From an uncultured Mycoplasma sp. (GTDB lineage: Bacteria > Bacillota_I > Bacilli_A > RF39 > UBA660): DNA of 64,000 nt. Position numbers and translations under genes: made by a program. Below, piece after piece: positions 28,626 to 38,697 of this stretch (positions are counted from its first letter, which is position 1; the number at the start of each line of letters is the position of its first letter). The notes under the pieces are model-generated. The model was not told where the DNA came from. It searched no databases and saw only the letters and a list, made by a program, of their open reading frames with translations. The stretch is from contig CAMEEZ010000001.1 in assembly GCA_945915275.1 (NCBI GenBank), positions 8,204 through 72,203 of the forward strand. The letters are read 5' to 3'.

Positions 28626-29389
28626 TGAAAGTATGTGTATTAGCATCTGGTTCAAAAGGTAATTCAACTTTTATTGAAACAGATAATATAAAATTGTTGA
28701 TAGACGTGGGAATGAATTGTAAATATATTAATGGAAAATTAAATGAATTAGGATATTCTATAAAAGATATAAATTATATATTAATAAGTCATTTACATGA
28801 TGATCATATTTCCGCATTGAAAACTGTTTTGAATAAATCTCATGCTACTTTATTATTGACTAAAACAATGTTTAGTGAATTAGAGATTATAAAAAATTAT
28901 GATAATATACTTATTTATGAAGATGATTTATACATTGATAATTTAAAAATTACTTCTATTAAATCATCTCATGATTCGCCAGATTCAAGAAACTTTATTC
29001 TTGAGTCTGGTTCTTCTTCTGTTGTATATATTACTGATACAGGATATGTTAAAGCAAAGGATTTTAATGTTCTCAAAAATAAGAATGTATACTTAATGGA
29101 GAGTAATCATGATATAGAAATGCTTAATAATGGACCATATCCTAAATGGCTAAAAAAAAGAGTATTAGGGGATTATGGACATTTATCTAATAACGCTTCA
29201 AGTTTTTATTTAACGAAGTTAATTGGTAATGATACAAAAAAAATAGTATTAATGCACTTGAGTGAAGTTAATAATACTAAGGAAAAATCATTAAAGACTT
29301 TAAAAACCACATTTTCAGAGTATAATATTTTATTTGATAAAGTAGAGGTTAGCGAACAAAATGAAAAAAGTGAGTTGATTGAACTATGA
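28625..29389 (+). CDS. MBL-fold metallo-hydrolase (YycJ/WalJ-like)
   Basis: HxHxDH motif as HLHDDH. 254 aa. Position upstream of rlmH, as in Firmicutes. Confidence 0.75.
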   Translation: MKVCVLASGSKGNSTFIETDNIKLLIDVGMNCKYINGKLNELGYSIKDINYILISHLHDDHISALKTVLNKSHATLLLTKTMFSELEIIKNYDNILIYEDDLYIDNLKITSIKSSHDSPDSRNFILESGSSSVVYITDTGYVKAKDFNVLKNKNVYLMESNHDIEMLNNGPYPKWLKKRVLGDYGHLSNNASSFYLTKLIGNDTKKIVLMHLSEVNNTKEKSLKTLKTTFSEYNILFDKVEVSEQNEKSELIEL

Positions 29390-29823
29390 TTAAAGTATTA
29401 TGTGTTGGAAAGATTAAAGAAAAATATTTAGTAGATTTAATAGATGATTATATAACTCGAATTAAAAAATACCATAGAATAGAAATTTTAGAAATAAAGG
29501 ATAATGTGAATCATGCAAAAGAATTATCTGATTTAAAGTCTAAAATTAATAAAAAAGATTATAATATAGCTTTGGATTTAAGGGGAAAAATGATAACTAG
29601 TACAGAGCTGGCATTAAAAATTGATAAAACTTTTCTTCGGAATAGTAATATAACTTTTATTGTTGGTGGTTCTTTGGGATTAGATGGTGAAATACTGAAT
29701 TTAGCTGATGAAGTGATTAGTTTTTCTAATTTTACCTTTCCTCATGGATTATTTAGGGGAATATTACTAGAACAAATATATCGTTCTTTTAAAATTATCC
29801 ATAATGAAAGTTATCATAAATAG
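29386..29823 (+). CDS. rlmH: 23S rRNA (pseudouridine1915-N3)-methyltransferase RlmH
   Basis: 145-aa SPOUT protein. N-terminus MIKVLCVGKIKEKYL. C-terminus with a FPHGLFRGILLEQIYR-type motif. Confidence 0.85.
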   Translation: MIKVLCVGKIKEKYLVDLIDDYITRIKKYHRIEILEIKDNVNHAKELSDLKSKINKKDYNIALDLRGKMITSTELALKIDKTFLRNSNITFIVGGSLGLDGEILNLADEVISFSNFTFPHGLFRGILLEQIYRSFKIIHNESYHK

Positions 29824-29864
29824 AAAATTTTATATAAGTTTAAGAAAAGAGGTATAATTTAAAT

Positions 29865-30524
29865 ATGATTGGAAACGATTGGGATGAAAAACTATCTATT
29901 ATCTGGAATAGTGAAGGCTTTAAAAAATTTTATAGTATTATTGAAGATGAATATAGTAATAAAATAATATATCCTCCGAAGGAAGATATTTTTAGGGCAC
30001 TAAAACTTACTCCTTATAGCAAGGTTAAAGTGGTGGTTGTGGGACAAGATCCATACCCTGGGATAAATCAGGCTAATGGTCTTTCTTTTAGTGTTTATCC
30101 TGATGTACCGATTCCAAGATCTTTAAAAAACATTTATCAAGAATTACATGATGATTTAGGATGTGCTATTCCTGAAAATGGTGATTTAACCAAATGGGCT
30201 GAAGAAGGCGTTTTGATGCTTAATGCTGTTTTAACTGTAGAAAAAGATAAAATAGCAAGTCATAGGGATATAGGATGGCAAAGGTTTACTGATTATATTA
30301 TCAAATTAATAAATTTGAAAGAAGAACCTGTAGTTTTTATCTTATGGGGAAATTATGCCAAAGAAAAAAGGGATTTGATTACAAATCCTAAACATCTTAT
30401 TGTAACTAGTGCTCATCCTTCTCCAATGTCTGCTAATAAAGGATTTTTTGGTAGTAAGCCATTTTCAAAAACAAACGAATTTTTATCTAGAAGTAGAATA
30501 AAACCTATTGATTGGCAATTATAA
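29865..30524 (+). CDS. ung: uracil-DNA glycosylase
   Basis: Family-1 UDG motifs GQDPYP and HPSPMSA. 219 aa. Confidence 0.92.
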   Translation: MIGNDWDEKLSIIWNSEGFKKFYSIIEDEYSNKIIYPPKEDIFRALKLTPYSKVKVVVVGQDPYPGINQANGLSFSVYPDVPIPRSLKNIYQELHDDLGCAIPENGDLTKWAEEGVLMLNAVLTVEKDKIASHRDIGWQRFTDYIIKLINLKEEPVVFILWGNYAKEKRDLITNPKHLIVTSAHPSPMSANKGFFGSKPFSKTNEFLSRSRIKPIDWQL

Positions 30525-31064
30525 TTTGAAATCGTCAATGATTTCATCTTCCATATTCTTGCCATCAAAATATGGTTTTGTTTTTAATTTATGTATTTTG
30601 GCAATTATTATGGAAGGAAAAGTTCTTATTAGTTGATTAGATTCTGTAGTGTTTTTATTATAATAAGTTTTAGCTGCACTAAGCTTTTCATCAATATTTC
30701 TAATTTCATACATAATATCTTGAATATCATGATTATTTTCTAATTTTTCATAATCATTTATTAGTGTTTCAATAGTATTCATTGCTTCAACTAATTCACG
30801 ATCTAATTCGAAATTAGATATTTTTTTGTCTTTTAAATCGATATATTCTTTTAGATAGTCTTTCTTACTCTTTAAAATTTTTTTAATAATATTATTTATT
30901 TTTACAATTTTATCGTACTTAGAGCGAAGAGATTCATCAGCAATATTTTCGGCTTGTTCTATTTTTGTTTTTAAAAATTGAAGTTTATTAAATGAATTAA
31001 TATAAATAATACTCATTATTCCTAAAATAATAATAATAATTAAAATAACTGTTGCTATTTGCAT
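30519..31064 (-). CDS. LemA family protein
   Basis: N-terminal TM segment. LemA-like C-terminus YYNKNTTESNQLIRTFPSIIIAKIHKLKTKPYF. Confidence 0.75.
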   Translation of the reverse strand: MQIATVILIIIIILGIMSIIYINSFNKLQFLKTKIEQAENIADESLRSKYDKIVKINNIIKKILKSKKDYLKEYIDLKDKKISNFELDRELVEAMNTIETLINDYEKLENNHDIQDIMYEIRNIDEKLSAAKTYYNKNTTESNQLIRTFPSIIIAKIHKLKTKPYFDGKNMEDEIIDDFKL

Positions 31065-31178
31065 AATATCACCTATTACTATTATATCATTTAATTACTT
31101 TTTTTTTAATAAAAAGTATTAGTTATTTGCTAATATGTAAAACAAGTGATATAATATTTATTTGAAGAGAGGTATGTT

Positions 31179-31712
31179 ATGAAAAAAATCATGTTAAGTA
31201 TATTAACAATCTTACTTTCTGTTTGTATTGGGTTGAATGTTGATGCAAAAGAAAAGGAAGAGAGTAAAGCAATTGAATGTGCTAAAGAAATAACAATTCA
31301 TTTATTCTGGGGAAATGGTTGTCCACATTGTGAAGCCGCAATTGAATATTTTGACAGTATTGAAGAAACTTATGGTGATTGTTTTAAACTTGAGAAGCAT
31401 GAAACATGGTATGATGCTGATAATAAAGAATTATTAGAAAAAGTTGCTGATTATTTTGGAGAAGATGTTTCTGGTGTTCCTTATATTGTTATTGGTGAAA
31501 ATACATTTTCAGGTTATAGTTCAAGTTTAAATGAGAAACTAGAAAGTTCAATTATTAGTAATGCAAATGATGAAAATTATATTGATGTTGTTGAAAAAGT
31601 AAAAAATGGTGATGTAACTAAATCAAAAAAGAGTGATACCGTAGTGACAGTTACTATACTTTTAGTTGCAGCTATAGGAATTTTTGCATTAATTAAAACA
31701 TCACGCGCTTAA
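31179..31712 (+). CDS. secreted/anchored thioredoxin-fold protein (CPHC motif)
   Basis: Signal-like N-terminus. WGNGCPHCEAA active-site-like motif. C-terminal TM anchor. Confidence 0.55.
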   Translation: MKKIMLSILTILLSVCIGLNVDAKEKEESKAIECAKEITIHLFWGNGCPHCEAAIEYFDSIEETYGDCFKLEKHETWYDADNKELLEKVADYFGEDVSGVPYIVIGENTFSGYSSSLNEKLESSIISNANDENYIDVVEKVKNGDVTKSKKSDTVVTVTILLVAAIGIFALIKTSRA

Positions 31713-31777
31713 TAAAAAGGTTATTTTAAATAATCTTTTTTTATGTTATAATTATTTCAGAATAAAGAGGGATGTTT

Positions 31778-33436
31778 ATGGAGATATTAGAAAAAGCTTT
31801 AAATTTAACATCAAGGTATGGTATATCTTTGCATAGATTTGGCCCTTTTTTAAGTTTTGTAGATAATAAAATTGGCATTTGTTTAGATATAAAAGATGAT
31901 AATTATGGTTTTTTAACAAGAAACTATAGTTTTGAAAATTTGGATGATTTTGAGGAATTTATAAAGAAGTATTCTTATTATAAAAATACTATTAAAGGAA
32001 ATACTAAGGTAACTTTGGATGATTATAAAATTTTATCGCCAAAAATAAAGTATGGATTTGAAGAAAAAAAATTAATTGAAAAAGAAAATGAACAAAAAGA
32101 AATATTTGCTATAAAAAATGCTAGTGATAGTTTATATTTATACTTAGAGACACTTTATAATAAAAGGATTGAAGAATTAGAAAAACGTTATGATATTTTT
32201 AAAATGATGAATAATAATCTTAGTCAATATAAAAGAAGTTTGTATGAATTTTATAATAAAGATTATCAAGAAGGACCTGAACAGAATGATGATTTTTTAA
32301 ATAATTATACAATTAAAGGAAAAAGATATTTAAATTCTTTCAAAGCTAATATTTATAAATTGAAAGAAAAAAAAGATTTGAAGCAAGTTAAAGAAGAAAT
32401 TAGAAATTTAGTTCAATTGGCTAAAGCGTTTGAATTGGATCAAGATTATTATGGTGCTATATATGAATTATATTTATTTAAAAATAAATCATATATATTA
32501 GAGCAAATGAACAATCATATTTTAAAAATTTTGAATAGTGAAATTCAAATAACCCCTCAAGAATTAAAATCAGAATTAGAAGAAATAAAAAATAGAGTAA
32601 AATTTTCAAATAGTAAAGATATTTTTGTAAAAGATAAATTAGACGCGTTAGAAGAAAAGTATAGTGGCATTTCAAATTTAAAAGAGTATAATATTGGAAA
32701 TTATTTAAAAAATGAAGAATTTATCGAATTAGATTTTATTAAATATGATGATACACGTATAGATGATAAGTTTTTAGATGTTTTGAATAATGATTATAAT
32801 GGTTTAAGAGATATTGAAAAAAATTATTTGTTAATTTTATTTTCACCTTTTGGAAAAATAATTAATCAAATGGTTTCCAATCAATTAGATGATTATGAAA
32901 TTTATAAAGATTTTTACTTAGATATATTAGAGTATTTAAATATTCCTGAAAATCTTATCTTTAAGAGAAAACACTTTAATTTAATAGATTTTAACAATTT
33001 TGAATCATTTATAAATTCATTGCGAGAAATATCTAAAAATATTCATGGTATTACTCTTAAAGCTAGTTATGACAGTTTAGTATGGGCATATCCTTCTAAG
33101 ATGGACTTGATATATGCAAATTTAAATGTTTTAAAATCTTATGATAATATTGTTGATTGTTTTCAATTAAAGATTGGAACAAATATTTTTTATTCTGCCA
33201 AAAAGATAAGATTAGTTAATGATAAATTTATAATTGATGATAATAAAAACATTTATATTAGAAAAGACAATAATATTATTAATGTAATAGACCAAGTTGA
33301 TGAAATAAATAATTATAAAGCTAGTGTTAAAAATATTAATATAAATGATAAAATTATTCCTGTCGCAGAGAGTGTAGAGAAAATTGGGGTATATAAATAT
33401 AAAAATTACAATGTTGAGGCGAACGTTAATGAATGA
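31778..33436 (+). CDS. hypothetical protein (552 aa, cytoplasmic, Lys/Asn/Glu-rich)
   Basis: Long clean ORF. ATG 31778 after SD AAGAGGG is preferred over 31772. No recognised domain. Confidence 0.5.
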   Translation: MEILEKALNLTSRYGISLHRFGPFLSFVDNKIGICLDIKDDNYGFLTRNYSFENLDDFEEFIKKYSYYKNTIKGNTKVTLDDYKILSPKIKYGFEEKKLIEKENEQKEIFAIKNASDSLYLYLETLYNKRIEELEKRYDIFKMMNNNLSQYKRSLYEFYNKDYQEGPEQNDDFLNNYTIKGKRYLNSFKANIYKLKEKKDLKQVKEEIRNLVQLAKAFELDQDYYGAIYELYLFKNKSYILEQMNNHILKILNSEIQITPQELKSELEEIKNRVKFSNSKDIFVKDKLDALEEKYSGISNLKEYNIGNYLKNEEFIELDFIKYDDTRIDDKFLDVLNNDYNGLRDIEKNYLLILFSPFGKIINQMVSNQLDDYEIYKDFYLDILEYLNIPENLIFKRKHFNLIDFNNFESFINSLREISKNIHGITLKASYDSLVWAYPSKMDLIYANLNVLKSYDNIVDCFQLKIGTNIFYSAKKIRLVNDKFIIDDNKNIYIRKDNNIINVIDQVDEINNYKASVKNININDKIIPVAESVEKIGVYKYKNYNVEANVNE

Positions 33437-33725
33437 AATAAAGATTAGTTTAAAAAAACTTCTAGAAGTATATAAATCAAAAGATAGTAAAAAGATTTTT
33501 ATAGCAACTAAGGATTTAATTATATTTATATTGGTTTTATGTTTTTTGAAGATTCCTTTTATCTTTTTTAGGGATATGGTTGTTGATTATTTTAATAAAA
33601 TGAATATGGAAAATATTTTAAGTTCTCTTTTCTATTGGTTGTTTGAAGTTTTATATTTATTATTTGTTATTTTAATCTTAAAAAAATGGTTAATAAAGAA
33701 ATATGGTACTAAGGCTAAAGATTAG
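33429..33725 (+). CDS. small membrane protein, translationally coupled to the upstream ORF
   Basis: ATG 33429 overlaps the upstream TGA stop (33434-33436). Two hydrophobic helices. Confidence 0.45.
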   Translation: MNEIKISLKKLLEVYKSKDSKKIFIATKDLIIFILVLCFLKIPFIFFRDMVVDYFNKMNMENILSSLFYWLFEVLYLLFVILILKKWLIKKYGTKAKD

Positions 33726-33794
33726 TGCTTTTTTTCTTGATAAATTTAGATTTTTGGTGTATTCTTTTAAAGTGTAATTAAGGGATGTGAGTTT

Positions 33795-35594
33795 ATGGAT
33801 AAAATAATTAATATTGCTGTTGTAGCACATGTTGATGCTGGTAAAAGTACACTTGTTGATGCTCTATTAAGTCAAAGTGGAGCATTTGATGAAAGAAAAC
33901 AAGCTGAAGAAAGAGTAATGGATAGTAATGAATTAGAGAAGGAAAGAGGAATTACAATTTATTCTAAAAATTGTGCTATCAGATATAAAGATTATAAAAT
34001 TAATATTGTTGATACACCTGGTCATGCAGATTTTTCTAGTGAAGTTGAACGTGTTATTAAAACTGTTGACACAGTAGTTCTTTTAGTGGATTCTGCTGAA
34101 GGACCTATGCCTCAAACTAGATTTGTTTTAAAAAAAGCTTTAGAACAAAATCTAAATCCAATTTTATTTATTAATAAAATTGATAAAGCTGATGCTAGAG
34201 TACAAGAAGTTGTAGATATGACATTTGAACTATTTATGGATTTAGATGCCACAGATGAACAATTAGATTTTCCAATTATTTATGGTATTGCAAGAGATGG
34301 AGTTGCTAAATATGATTTGAATGATAATAATAATGATATAACTCCATTATTAGATACTATTTTAAAACAATGTGATCCTTTCCCAGGTAATGAAAATGAT
34401 GATTTACAATTACAAATATCTAATTTAGGATATGATGAATATATTGGAAGACTTGGGATTGGAAGAATTAATAAAGGGAAAATAAAAAATGGAGAAACTG
34501 TGACATTAATAAATAATAATGGTGAAAAATCAAGTTTTAAGGTATCAAAACTGTTTGTTAATGAAGGTCTAAATAAAGTAGAAAAAAATGAGGCCTATTA
34601 TGGAGATATTGTTACTGTTGCTGGTTGTAGTTCTATTTCTATAGGAGATACTATTTGTAAATATGGTACGGATAATCCATTACCTCCAATTCATATTGAA
34701 ACACCAACGTTATCTATGAATTTCTTGGTTAATAATAGTCCTTTTGCTGGTAAGAGTGGTAAGTATTTAACTACAAGACATTTGAGAGAAAGATTAAATA
34801 AAGAACTTGAAACAAATGTTGGATTAACAGTGGAAGAATTAGAGAATAGTGATGGTTATAAGGTTAGTGGACGTGGAGAACTGCATTTATCAATACTAAT
34901 TGAAAACATGCGTCGTGAAGGTTATGAACTTTCTGTTTCAAAACCAGAAGTTTTAATAAAAGAAATAGATGGAGTTAAATGTGAACCATTTGAAAAAGTT
35001 GTTGTAAATGTACCAAATGATTACGCTGGTACTGTTATAAATGATTTACAAGAAAGAAAGGCTTTGCTAGAACAAGTTATTAATGATGATAAAAATACTC
35101 ATTTAGAATTTTCGGCTCCAACACGTGGACTTATTGGATATCGTAGCTCATTTATTACAAATACCAAAGGTGAAGGAATAATGCTTCGTAGTTTTGATAG
35201 TTTTAAACCATATGTAGGAAATATTACTCATCGAAAAAATGGAGTATTAGTTTCCATGGAAAATGGTAAAGCTTTAGGCTATTCATTATGGAATTTAGAA
35301 GATAGAGGAGTTTTAATGATTAATCCAGCTACTGAAGTATATGCCGGTATGATTGTTGGTATTCATAATAGAGAAAATGATTTGGATGTAAATCCTTGCA
35401 AAAACAAAAACTTAACTAATACAAGAAGCTCAGGTGCTGACGAGGCAATTAATTTGACTAGACCTAAGATTATGAATTTAGAAGAAGCATTAGAATTTAT
35501 TGAAGATGATGAATTAGTTGAAGTTACTCCAACTGATATAAGACTTAGAAAGAAAATTTTAGATTCAAAAGATAGATTTAGAAGTAATCGTTAA
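33795..35594 (+). CDS. typA: translational GTPase TypA/BipA
   Basis: G1 AHVDAGKST and G3 DTPGHADF. 599 aa. EF-G-like domains without domain IV. Confidence 0.95.
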   Translation: MDKIINIAVVAHVDAGKSTLVDALLSQSGAFDERKQAEERVMDSNELEKERGITIYSKNCAIRYKDYKINIVDTPGHADFSSEVERVIKTVDTVVLLVDSAEGPMPQTRFVLKKALEQNLNPILFINKIDKADARVQEVVDMTFELFMDLDATDEQLDFPIIYGIARDGVAKYDLNDNNNDITPLLDTILKQCDPFPGNENDDLQLQISNLGYDEYIGRLGIGRINKGKIKNGETVTLINNNGEKSSFKVSKLFVNEGLNKVEKNEAYYGDIVTVAGCSSISIGDTICKYGTDNPLPPIHIETPTLSMNFLVNNSPFAGKSGKYLTTRHLRERLNKELETNVGLTVEELENSDGYKVSGRGELHLSILIENMRREGYELSVSKPEVLIKEIDGVKCEPFEKVVVNVPNDYAGTVINDLQERKALLEQVINDDKNTHLEFSAPTRGLIGYRSSFITNTKGEGIMLRSFDSFKPYVGNITHRKNGVLVSMENGKALGYSLWNLEDRGVLMINPATEVYAGMIVGIHNRENDLDVNPCKNKNLTNTRSSGADEAINLTRPKIMNLEEALEFIEDDELVEVTPTDIRLRKKILDSKDRFRSNR

Positions 35595-35630
35595 AAAAAG
35601 TTATTTCAATTAATGAAATAACTTTTTTTT
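35593..35630. terminator. bidirectional intrinsic terminator
   Basis: AGTTATTTCA (35599-35608) / TGAAATAACT (35614-35623), flanked by A6 and T7. It lies between convergent genes. Confidence 0.85.
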
Positions 35631-37002
35631 AGTAAAAATCACATGTATTTTTAGATGAACAATGTAATTCGTATATATGTTCATTAGAACCACCGCAAGA
35701 TACGGAAACAGTTAATTTATAACCTATGATTTTGTTATTATTTGTTCTTTTTACGGAAACATTTCCAAATGCTCTTATTCCGCCATCTCCATTACAAAAA
35801 TATCCGTTTAAATAATAATCGCTATAATCTTGTTTAATTTCAGAATAGTATTTTTCCATTAATTTTTTTGCACTATCCTCATAATCTGTAGTAGTCATAC
35901 AATCATTTGAACTTCCATTAGTAAATTGATAATTATATATTGAGACATCTTCATATACATCGGAATATTTTATACATTGATTAGGTGTATTTCCTCCACC
36001 ACTTGAGGAACCTCCTCCAGAAGAACTTCCGCCACCAGATGATGTTCCACCTCCTGAAGTCGTTTGTTTTTTAGTCCATTTAGCTGTTAAGGTTATATTT
36101 GAATTTATTGGTGTGTCTATGTCAAACTCTTTGTTATTATAGTACCATCCTTCAAAAGTATATCCATCTTTTGTAGGGGTTTTAGGGTAACTAATTTTTT
36201 CTCCTTCGCGAATAGTTTGTGATTCAACACTAGTTCCACCATTAGAATTAAAATCTACTTGATAATATATGATTTTTTTAATTATTAAGTTTACTGTAAC
36301 TGGTTCAGATTTATTATCGCTATAATCATAGGCTATTAATTTTATCGCATATGTTCCAGGCTCTTTATATTTACTATAATCAATTAAACTTGTATTTAAA
36401 AACTCAATTTTACAATCTTTTTGACTATTATCAGTACATGTCTCTACAAAGTCATTAACAGAGTAATTTTCGTTTTCATATATTTCAAAATCTTTAGCAA
36501 TCAATTGAGGCTTTTCATCATCTATAACATTTAATGTAGTTGAAAACTCTTCGTCTTTAACATTGATTTTAATTGTATAGCTACCAGCTAAGTTGGTTTT
36601 ATATGTCATGCATGAGAATGCTTCTTCAATATTAGCATCGGTAATTTCACCTGTTTTAATACCATTTATAATTGTTATTTGTTCTTCTGTACAATTAGTG
36701 GTATCTTCAAGATAGCTAAAATTATCAGGATAAGTTATTTTTATGTCTGATATTTTAGTGTTTTCTAAAATTTGAAAATATGAAAGTGCATAAGGTAACC
36801 TATCAAATAATTTAATATTTATTTTTTCATATGTTTTTATAACGTGGTTATTTTTATTATTACTACTATTATAAAATTGGCTAGTTATAAAAAATGTAGT
36901 TAATATTAATGATGCTACGACTAAAATAATTACAATTGTAAATGTTCTATTCTTTTTTATATAGGTAGTATTAAAGAAAAATTTTTTTCCAAATTTAACC
37001 AT
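35629..37002 (-). CDS. N-terminally anchored surface protein with Ig-like regions and a Listeria-Bacteroides (Flg_new) repeat; paralog B
   Basis: Start moved to MVKFGKKFFF (ATG 37002, SD AGAGGTGA). Flg_new-like YQVDFNSNGGTSV...DGYTFEGWYYNN...TLTAKWTK. Gly/Ser linker. Cys-rich C-terminal module. Confidence 0.6.
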   Translation of the reverse strand: MVKFGKKFFFNTTYIKKNRTFTIVIILVVASLILTTFFITSQFYNSSNNKNNHVIKTYEKINIKLFDRLPYALSYFQILENTKISDIKITYPDNFSYLEDTTNCTEEQITIINGIKTGEITDANIEEAFSCMTYKTNLAGSYTIKINVKDEEFSTTLNVIDDEKPQLIAKDFEIYENENYSVNDFVETCTDNSQKDCKIEFLNTSLIDYSKYKEPGTYAIKLIAYDYSDNKSEPVTVNLIIKKIIYYQVDFNSNGGTSVESQTIREGEKISYPKTPTKDGYTFEGWYYNNKEFDIDTPINSNITLTAKWTKKQTTSGGGTSSGGGSSSGGGSSSGGGNTPNQCIKYSDVYEDVSIYNYQFTNGSSNDCMTTTDYEDSAKKLMEKYYSEIKQDYSDYYLNGYFCNGDGGIRAFGNVSVKRTNNNKIIGYKLTVSVSCGGSNEHIYELHCSSKNTCDFY

Positions 37003-37094
37003 TTGAATCACCTCTATTATGTACATTACAATAATAACATAAAAAGTTGAAATAACGAATAAAAACCTATAGTTTTTCGTAAAAAAATCTTCCA

Positions 37095-38471
37095 CTATTG
37101 TGGAAGATTAATTGTATTTAATGAAAAATGTCTTTTTCCGCTTGTATCTAATCTATATATAGCAACAATTGAATTATCTGATTCTTTCATGATATAAACG
37201 GTGATTTGGTACCCAACTAATCCAGTTCCAGATGTATTGAATATACCTTCAACTTCAGAACCATAACTATAAGGAATATTTTGACCTGAGAATGAACTCT
37301 TTAAACGATTGAAATCTTTCGCAATAAAGTTATTTGTTAAAGGTCCATCTCTTAATGTTTGAAATTCACTTTTTGATGTTGCACAATTTGAATTTGAGTT
37401 TGCGTAAACTGATAAGATGTATTTGTTGCTATTATAATTCTTATTTCCATATGTACATCCAGGTGTGCTAGGTTTTGGATTAGGATTAGGGTTAGGACTT
37501 ACTTCTTTCTTTGTCCATACTGCAACTAAGGTTATATCACTAGTAATCGGTGTTGCAAAATCATATGTTGAACCATTTAATGTCCATTCTTTGAAAGTAT
37601 ATCCATTTCTTGTTGGGTTTGATGGTTTTGTTACAACATTTCCCTCTTCAATATATTCGCCATTAATTGATGAACCACCAGTTGTATCAAATGTAACCAA
37701 ATATTTATTTGGAGCTTTTGGTAATATGACAATAGTAGCTGTTAAAGGTAATGATAAATTACCACTTTTATCTCCAGCTGCAATTTTTACATCATAACTT
37801 CCTTCAGTAGTATATGAACCATAATCTAGAGTCGCATCTGAATCTTCATAACTATTATAATAGAAGTTAACGATACATTGCTCATCATAATTGTCGCTAC
37901 AACTTTCAACAAAATCGTCTACTGAATATGAATCTCCAGCAGTTATTTCGATATTTTTTAGAACCAATGATGGTGCTGTTAAATCCTGAACATTTAATTT
38001 AACGGTATAATCTTTTTTATCATAATTAATATTTATATCGTATGTTCCTATTTTAGATGGAACATATTTTATACATTTATAATCCTCTATATTACCCTCA
38101 CTAGTACCATCCAATATACTATTTATTGTGTCAAGCTCTTCAATAGGACATTCGTCAGCATTCAATTTTATTTCCATGTCATCTGGATAAGTGATTTTTA
38201 TTTCATCTAAATTAGTATTAGCAAGCTTTTCAAAGTAAGTCGTTTTATCAGGTAATTCTTTGTTTACTTCTGTACTTACTTCTGTTCTCAATAGTATATT
38301 ATCATTTATTTTAGGATTATCTTTTTTATCATTTTTCTTATTATGAGTTATCACTAAAATAACGATTATAATTAATATTATTGCTAAAAATATACTTCCA
38401 ATAACTATTTTTCTTTTAGTTTTCTTTTCATATTTGGCGTCGAAGAAAAATTTTTTTCCGAACTTTACCAT
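37095..38471 (-). CDS. N-terminally anchored surface protein with Ig-like regions and a Listeria-Bacteroides (Flg_new) repeat; paralog A
   Basis: MVKFGKKFFF start and a TM anchor. YLVTFDTTGGSSI...NGYTFKEWTLNG...TLVAVWTK. PNPNPNPKP linker. The C-terminal module differs from paralog B. Confidence 0.6.
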   Translation of the reverse strand: MVKFGKKFFFDAKYEKKTKRKIVIGSIFLAIILIIIVILVITHNKKNDKKDNPKINDNILLRTEVSTEVNKELPDKTTYFEKLANTNLDEIKITYPDDMEIKLNADECPIEELDTINSILDGTSEGNIEDYKCIKYVPSKIGTYDININYDKKDYTVKLNVQDLTAPSLVLKNIEITAGDSYSVDDFVESCSDNYDEQCIVNFYYNSYEDSDATLDYGSYTTEGSYDVKIAAGDKSGNLSLPLTATIVILPKAPNKYLVTFDTTGGSSINGEYIEEGNVVTKPSNPTRNGYTFKEWTLNGSTYDFATPITSDITLVAVWTKKEVSPNPNPNPKPSTPGCTYGNKNYNSNKYILSVYANSNSNCATSKSEFQTLRDGPLTNNFIAKDFNRLKSSFSGQNIPYSYGSEVEGIFNTSGTGLVGYQITVYIMKESDNSIVAIYRLDTSGKRHFSLNTINLPQ

Positions 38472-38697
38472 CTAAACCAACTCCCTAACATTAACTATAT
38501 AATATCACATATTTCATTAAAATCAAAAGAAACATAAGTGATTTTTACGATTTTTTACTATATTGCTTGTTTTTCTTAATATTTTGTGATATTATCTTAA
38601 ACGCAGTTATATATTTTTATAACTAGTTATGTGGAAGGGAAGAGAAGCGGACTTGCCCATACCACTAACGCGAAAAAATTTTATAGGAGGTGTTTTC

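Noticed and set aside
37003-37095. N-terminal 31-aa extension (MEDFFTKNYRFLF...) of the downstream surface-protein paralog
   Set aside because: The paralog upstream starts at MVKFGKKFFF, and the same sequence occurs here at ATG 37002, preceded by AGAGGTGA. The longer start would overlap the upstream gene's stop and has no RBS.
38629-38697. N-terminal 23-aa extension of L11 implied by the track ORF start at 38629
   Set aside because: The extension has no RBS and no similarity to L11. A perfect SD (AGGAGGTG) precedes the GTG at 38698, where the conserved L11 sequence begins.
38590-38697. Possible L1-binding autoregulatory structure in the rplK 5' UTR (GGGAAGAGAAGCGGACTTGCCC)
   Set aside because: It has a GGGA...GACUU flavour like the L1 site on 23S rRNA, but I cannot draw a convincing conserved structure by eye. 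It was left unannotated.
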